From assembly GCF_037042905.1 (NCBI RefSeq), contig NC_087258.1, positions 23,622,001 through 23,686,000 on the forward strand: a stretch of 64,000 bases of DNA, read 5' to 3'. Every line of letters starts with the position of its first letter. Within the stretch, counting starts at the first letter, position 1. The stretch comes from Lytechinus pictus (taxonomy: Eukaryota). The notes below the pieces were generated by a model. The model was not told the origin of the DNA, made no database searches, and worked only from the letters and a program-made list of their open reading frames with translations. Shown here one piece after another: positions 56,934 through 64,000 of the stretch. The position numbers and the translations under genes are program-made.

Positions 56934-58523
56934 AAGTAAATAACAATTCAATGAATCAAATCATACATTTTGGCTTAATCAAACTTCTTTTCATATATCA
57001 TTATTCATGCATGCATATAAATTGATAAGCGTCTACAAAACATACATTTTTGCGATATTTTTATTCGCATCATAAATTGACATTTACATATCCATCTTGT
57101 CTCATCTGGGACCTGTTTTAAGGACTTGCACGTAACTTTTCCAAAATGGTAACTACCATGGTAACAGGGCTCAGCAGCCAATCATAATCAAAGTTTCCAT
57201 GGTAGTTGCCCTAATCATGATAATGGCAAAGTTACAACAGTTGCAAGTCCTTTATGAAACGGGCCCCTGATGGTGATCTCTGGAGTAAGATTGCTTAAAG
57301 TTGGTTATCAGCAATTTAACTGCTTTCTCTAATTATTTCACATGGTATTCCTAGAAACCAAAAATGAAGGAATTTCCTCAATTTTTACATTCTAATGATA
57401 TATAGTCGTCAATTCATGTCATGTCATGTACTATCAATTCTTTGGTATATGCAACGTAGGAGGGCCTAGGAGGGATGATGCTATCTAGATATAGCTCGCG
57501 CCCGCTAAATTAACAAGATTGCGCACATCTTTGACGCTCTACTTACCTTGAAATCGGCTTGGATATGAAGATTTAATTCCAGTTTTTAAAAAGGTGTTTA
57601 GGCGGGAGAAAAATAATTTTTATAAGGGGAAGAAAATACATCTAAAGCGGGAGACACAGAGCCTGGGCGGGAGATATTAAATCTCAAGCGGGAGAACGGG
57701 AGATTTTGGGAAAATGGGCTTTCGGCGGGAGATCTCCCGCCGAAAGCGGGAGAGTTGGAGTCTCTGCTTCTACTACTACTACTATACTAGTCTACTATTA
57801 CTTCTACTTCTACTGTTGTAGTCATTGTAGCTTATCCAGTACTGTGTGCGCCTCACTGGCGACTGACTGGAATACTCCCCAGGGAGTGGAGGATGTGCAC
57901 ACATTGTGTGCGGGAATGACTGATTGAATCCTATGATCGGGATAATAATATATCTGTAAAGCGTTTAGACACGTCGTTCCGATGTATTAAGCGCTATATA
58001 AAAGCGGATTATTATTATTACTGCTAAAACTAATAATGATTTTCTAAACAATTAAATGATGATGATTATAATAACTATAATGATAATCCTAATAAGAATA
58101 ACAATACAAATGATGATAGTCCAGTCATTCACCATTGGTACACGAAACCCTTTATTATCACTCAACCTTTTTACAGTGCTCAAATGCTATTTCCTACCAC
58201 CGGTAGACATGCAAACCTGTGTAGAGAGTGGCATTATTGTTGAAGAAAAATGTCTTGTCAGAGACATCAGTACCGCGGTGGGTATCGAACCCAAGAACTC
58301 GAGGTTCAAAGTGTGGGTTATCGACTGTTCTTTTACACCTCTATAATGGCAGCCCCCACCATGATCTAGCTAGGAATTCCGGTGGGTGATGCAAAACTGT
58401 ACTTTTTCAATTATGTACTCGGTTGTATTTGTTAAGATCTATTTTTTATTTGTTTATATTTGTTGTTGTTTATATATATATATATATGACGATATTAAAT
58501 TCCGCGTGTTGGTCATAGATGAG

Positions 58524-58902
58524 ATAAAAGAGGCGAAGTGGTAATGCATTGTACTTAGTTCCAACAGAGTTTATTTTGAAGTCCAAATTTTCGACGTTAA
58601 ACACACGTCTTCTTCAGGGATACAATAGAGCTCACAGTGACAAGAATTGAAATAATAACATTTATGATTATGGTAGTCATGGAACCGCGCACAAATGCAA
58701 ATGCACAAACGCGTAGGTGATGCTGTTTTGTGCGCGGTTCCATGACTACCATGCATAATCATGAATGTTATTATTTCAATTCTTGTCACTGTGAGCTTTA
58801 TTGTATCCCTGAAGAAGACGTGTGTTTAACGTCGAAAATTTGGACTTCAAAATAAACTCTGTTGGAACTAATTACAATACATTACCATTTCGCCTCTTTT
58901 AT
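58524..58902. mobile_element. Palindromic (inverted pseudo-LTR) Penelope-like element remnant
   Basis: ~172-bp arms (58524-58695, 58727-58902) around a 31-bp spacer; each arm has CCTGAAGAAGAC..GTCGAAA..AATAAA; (TA)n tracts on both sides. Confidence 0.7.
58806..58845 (+). ncRNA. Minimal type I hammerhead ribozyme motif (mirror copy on minus strand at 58581-58620)
   Basis: UCC-CUGAAGA-A-GACGU(loop)ACGUC-GAAA-AUUU-GGA: both conserved core boxes, 5-bp stem II, very short palindromic stem III and 3-bp stem I. Confidence 0.55.
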
Positions 58903-59788
58903 ACAAATATACATATATATATATATATATCCAAAGGAACTGTTGCTTGGCTAGCGCCATGAGTGTCTGTGGACGGTGTGTGCGCTCAATAACATTTCAC
59001 AATTATTATCATTATTATCCTAGGGTTATTTATTCTTTTTCTTATAGTTTGGGCTTAGATTGTTTTGTAGTTGATTCATTCATATCTTTAGAGATACAAA
59101 CAAGTCCCTTTTGAAAGACGGAAAGGTCTTGACCTTACTTAAAATTACTATTTAGGCAGGCTTAATTCACTCAAATTTGAATAGATATAGAATGCTGATG
59201 TACATGTACATCATAAATATAAAAGATACCACTTAATAGGCTTACATGGATATCACTTGGTCATTGCGTTTCTGTTGAATATGGATTAAAAAATAAATCC
59301 TGCTTTACACTTGTTTTGCCATCACTGATATCAAGTCAACTCATGCCATCATATTTTGTAAAGACATCTTGTCCGTCCAACTCGAACAATTAGTGTTTAA
59401 TTGCGTGCTATCGGAGGATGCTTTTGTATTGGAAGAGGGGAAAGAGATAGAGAGGGAAAGGGGATGAATGGAAAGGGGGAATAGAGAGATAAAGAAAGAG
59501 AGATTAAACGTAAGTCATCATGCTGGATCTTTACGCAACTATCCATTCGCAGAGCGCTATAAAGGCGCTTGATATGTAATTTAGTTTCCTCTTCAAAAAG
59601 TGAATGTCGCCTGATAAGCTTGGTCAATGACAATGCTCATGAAAGACTCGAACGACGCGTTCCTGTGTTTTAAATAAACACTAAATTTATCCAGATTACC
59701 ATTACGTGTACTAACACTATCAATTCTTCGATCAATCAGTTTGTGAAAATTAATTGAATCCGTTTAAGACAAAAGAAAAGTGTGAATA

Positions 59789-60167
59789 ATGGATGTGGAA
59801 CAATTAAAGAAGGTAAATATGTCTTTGATGATGAGAGAATCTACTACTCAACTCCTGGGGGAAGATGATCCCACGCCGGGTCCATGGTTCGAGACTCATA
59901 CCGTAACAACGCTCGCCACGAAAACCCTAGAAGTATCTTCCCTTTCTAATTTCGAAGAGAATTACGATTTCAACGTCGAATCTACGACTAGACACGAAGA
60001 CGGCGACGTCGCTTCCGTCTCCGCTGGTAATGCCACTTTTGAAGTCCCTTTCTTCGTTTCTTTGCTGATATTTGGTGGTATCGGGAACTTGATGGTCATT
60101 GCGGTATACACGAGGAAGAAATACAAGAGTTCTAATGCCGCTTTGCATATACTGAACCTCGCCGCTG
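59789..60167 (+). CDS. Class A (rhodopsin-like) GPCR, first coding exon (N-terminus, TM1, ICL1, start of TM2); remainder not seen in window
   Basis: Ser/Thr-rich N-terminus with N-glycosylation sequons (NMS, NAT), TM1 FFVSLLIFGGIGNLMVIAVY (GN motif), basic ICL1, ILNLAA followed by phase-1 donor G|GTAAGT just before the expected D2.50. TATAAA at 59558. Confidence 0.85.
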
Positions 60168-61379
60168 GTAAGTAACCACTCCTGTACCCAACCCCTGTCG
60201 TTTGCCTGCACCCCGAATGTTTTCACCCAAAAAGTAGATATCAAAACATGATATATAATTATTGTCTAAAACATTCTATATCTCTTAGCCACGTTAATTT
60301 ATTAAGTTTACAAATCAGAAATTTTCACTAATCACCAGTAATGAAAATAAACGAAGGTTCAGCTGTCAACATGGACAAAGGAAAAACAAAACAAAAGTGG
60401 CCCAACGATGGAACTTTGGTTACCCCTCACCAGTTTAATGTCAAAGTTAACGTTAGTCATTATATGAAAACAATTAGTTCACGTGGCTGTATAGGCCTGT
60501 AAGTAATTTCTGATCCACAGCAGAGCTTATTAAACCAGTTTGTAGAGTGGCAATGTATAAGTTGATCATCAATGTCACATACAGAATTCAACTCGGAACT
60601 GACCGAAAAGGTTGAAAAACTTACTGAAATCCCCACTGGACATACATTAAATCTTTTTGTTTTTCCATAATTCGCTCGATTTTTCCATTTCATCTTTCCA
60701 CAAATCCAAGACGTTACAAAACTTTGATATAAATAAACTTAAAAGCCTTACACAAATACGAAATATAAATAGGATTATTAATTAATATGCCACATGAAGT
60801 ATAGGTCCTAAATAAAATGGAAATGTGGAAGAAACCATAAAAATGAACTTAACTATCAATTTTTGCTAGTTGATTTCATCACATCTATTTCTTCTTTTCT
60901 ATTTATACAATATTGATTTCATGTGATTTGTATAATTCACTTACACTCAGAACTCCTTTATGAAATTTCGCCTGTTTTTATTCATTTATTCAAATATATT
61001 TAATCAGGATAACAAGATCTGACATTAAAAACAAAAATACATATAAATCAATAATCTATTTAAAATGATATAAAAATCACAGTAATATTTGAAAATCTGT
61101 GCATAAAGTGTTTCAATGCAATACAAGAAAATTAACAATACGCTATATAAAGAAATAAAGTAAATGTAATTAAATTCAAGTAATTATGAACGAACTAAAG
61201 TACACAATTTATAATGAATATCTTTGTTTAGTACGAAGTACCTCTGTTTAATTTACGGCCTCGTAACGGCCGGCCCGATCCCCATAGGCCTACTCGCAGT
61301 GGCACCGCTTCTGTTGGTTCACATATGCAAACCACGCTCCCACACCTGCGCGCCCATCAATGAAAGACTTTCTTCTATA

Positions 61380-63464
61380 GGGCGATTCCACACTAGAACT
61401 TCAAAAATATCATAAATTTCAACATGCTTTCAATAAGTCATAAGTAGTGTAATATTTGACTATGATACCTAAATTTTATGAAAATTATGGGTTTTAACCA
61501 AAAGTGAAGTCAGATATAGTTTTTGTGGGGGGAAACAATGGAATTTTCGATTTTCAATAATTCTGCTAATTATATAGTCAAGTACAAACACTGCCTGAAA
61601 CGATTATTGGAAAAGCACGAGAAGATTGAAAATATTGCAGGTCAATGGAATAATGTATCATTGATGGTTCCAAATAATATCTACATTTTCATGATCCATA
61701 ATAGGGGCAGCCTGATTTTTCTGAACCTATTTTTGGCAATGTCCTGTACGACACATGAAAATGCAAAAGTTTTTCCTACAATTTTATTTTTGATGGTGCA
61801 ATTTCACAATATCACTTTCTCTATCTTTGACCCATGGGTGATCGATTTATCCCATTAGGATCTAATTACTGCCCTTATTTTTTCAATAATTGTCCTATTA
61901 AAAGTTGTCCCGTACGACACACAATATATGCTGCATTTAATTGCAGGATTTGGATTCAGAAACTATAAATAGTAGGCCTATTTTCATTTAAGTAATTGAT
62001 TTGACATAAAGTGAACTGAAAAAGTACTTTTTTATCTCCATAGAACATGAAATAGGTGATTCTAACCATTTTAATTGACTTAATGTAGGCGTATTCTTTT
62101 GTGAATCCCTTCAGTTAAACTGGTGATTTTCACTGGTCAGAGCAGGTTAATTTCTTTGTCATTGAGCATGAAAACAAAACCGTTATAATTGATTCACCCT
62201 AGCCTGAGAGATGACTTCCTCTTGCATGCTAATGTGAAATTATTACAAGATGTAAAAAAAAAATATTTACATATCAATCATCTATTTGGACTTCCCTTGA
62301 TGATCACTATTTTTGTTATATACAGTATTGAAAATCCTTACTTTTTTCAAGTTGTAAAAAAAAATCTGGAAAACAAGACAAACCATGTTGTTAAAAAAAA
62401 TCTGGAAAATAAAACAAACCATATGGTTTCATGAAATGCAGAATGGTTTGAAAAAGTAGAATCGCATTTCTTTAGAAAAAATATTTTTGTGGAATTACAA
62501 GTGACAGTTGTGACATATATCTTTATATATACATTTTATATGAAAAATCATAACATTTTAGCCCCATAATTTACAAAAACAGTTTAATTCATTCATTGTT
62601 TAAATAGTGTTTTTCAGCTCGCAAAAAATGATGTGAGCCATTGTACATTTCCCATCATGAAAAAAATGATAACATATTGCTCCCGATTGTATATATTGAG
62701 GTTACTTAATTATATTGTTCTGAATGACTACTTATTAAAAGGCTTTTTATTAAAAAGGAAGAATTTAGGGGCAATGCTCCCCTTCTGATTGATAAAAAGT
62801 TCATTGTTTTATTCAGGCTGTCCAGTACAACACGCAAGTGCCTGTTCAACACACAAGTGTCCCATACGACACACAAGTGTACCGTACGACACATTTTGTT
62901 TATGATATATTGACATAAATATTCAGCCAATAGCGGTTTCTAACATAATGAATGTCTTTAGTTTGATAGGATTATCATTATCATCAGCCAAATAAAGTGA
63001 TTGAAGAAGTCAAAGAGACATAAAGTAAGAAAATTTGGCTTCAATTTAGAGATGTCCCGTACGACACATTTTGAGTGTCCCGTACGCCACAATGTTCTTG
63101 AAAATTGTAATTTGCTTTATTTATTCATGAATGTTTATTTTGCTTTCTTTCATAGATGTGCTGTTCTTGGGTAATTGAATATCAATTTGAGTTCAGTTTC
63201 TATGAAAATTATCTGTCCAACTCACAGACTTTAGAATACAAACTTGAGGTGTCTAAAAAAGTCACCTTTTCTGCGTCCGTACGACCCATTACTATTTTAA
63301 ATCTGTATTAAACAGGATGTGAATTTCATGTTAAGTCTTGGTTTTCCTAACACTCTGGTAGTACTTGATGATCACCTTTAGTTACTGGAATATTTTTTGT
63401 TTTTCTTGTCAAAAAACTGTCAAATGTTCTCTAAATGTCCCGTACCACACGTATGGAATCACCC
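61380..63464. mobile_element. 2.1-kb non-autonomous DNA transposon, Sola-like, in GPCR intron 1
   Basis: TIR GGGCGATTCCA / TGGAATCACCC; TSD TATA (61376-61379, 63465-63468); about 8 dispersed GTCCCGTACGACAC motifs. Confidence 0.75.
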
Positions 63465-64000
63465 TATAATACATTGGGTTTCCTGCATTCCAGTAGGTCG
63501 TAAGACGATATCTAAAAAATTGCTTAAAATGTCCAGTTTTCAGGCCTAAATATCAACAAATTTCGCGCTCTCATTAATATCATCCTTTTCATGATAAACA
63601 AAACATGAATAGAGTGTCCAGTTTTTTAGGTCTAAATCCCTTTTTCCCCGCTCACGCATTGCGCTCGCATTAATTGTTCGGTTATATATCTATCCTGTTA
63701 ATGATTACAAAAGGTGTCAATTTTTTTCGATCAGAATGTCAACAAATTTTGAGCTGGAGCTTCGCGCTCGCATTATTTGATTATAGAAACATGTATCGTT
63801 TTCATGGGTAACTACGAACAGCCGTTAACAGGCCCAACGTATATTAAAACTTTATGTAAAAAAAATTAAAAAAATTCAGTTGGGGTTTATATGAGGTTAT
63901 TATTTATTTATGTTTTGTGACAAATATGCTAGGAAGTGACTGTTAGGACTACCCATTTAAAGAGACAAATACAAATCAACTTGGATTGATTGATTGATAA

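Overview
Eukaryotic, AT-rich, repeat-dense draft-assembly sequence with three N gaps. The repeat repertoire and gene content look like a marine deuterostome, most likely a sea urchin (inference). Genes reconstructed by hand from splice sites and reading phase: (1) the first two coding exons of a DDB2-like gene on the minus strand, running off the left edge; (2) a complete 5-exon triosephosphate isomerase gene (250 aa), head-to-head with it across ~0.5 kb, with two unusual substitutions in near-invariant dimer-interface motifs; (3) a complete 14-exon, 786-aa membrane protein with signal peptide, YWTD beta-propeller, MAM, ZP module, furin site and TM helix; (4) a single-coding-exon 270-aa uncharacterised protein; (5) exon 1 of a class A GPCR. 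Introns and intergenic DNA hold many nested non-autonomous DNA transposons, LINE fragments and SINEs. The most notable non-coding signals are a ~170-bp SINE whose head resembles the 7SL/Alu domain, a 379-bp palindrome carrying two minimal Penelope-type hammerhead-ribozyme motifs, a template-switch inverted duplication at a MITE, and a 4.7-kb TIR element filled with satellite derived from its own TIR motif. All homology calls are from recognition, not database searches.
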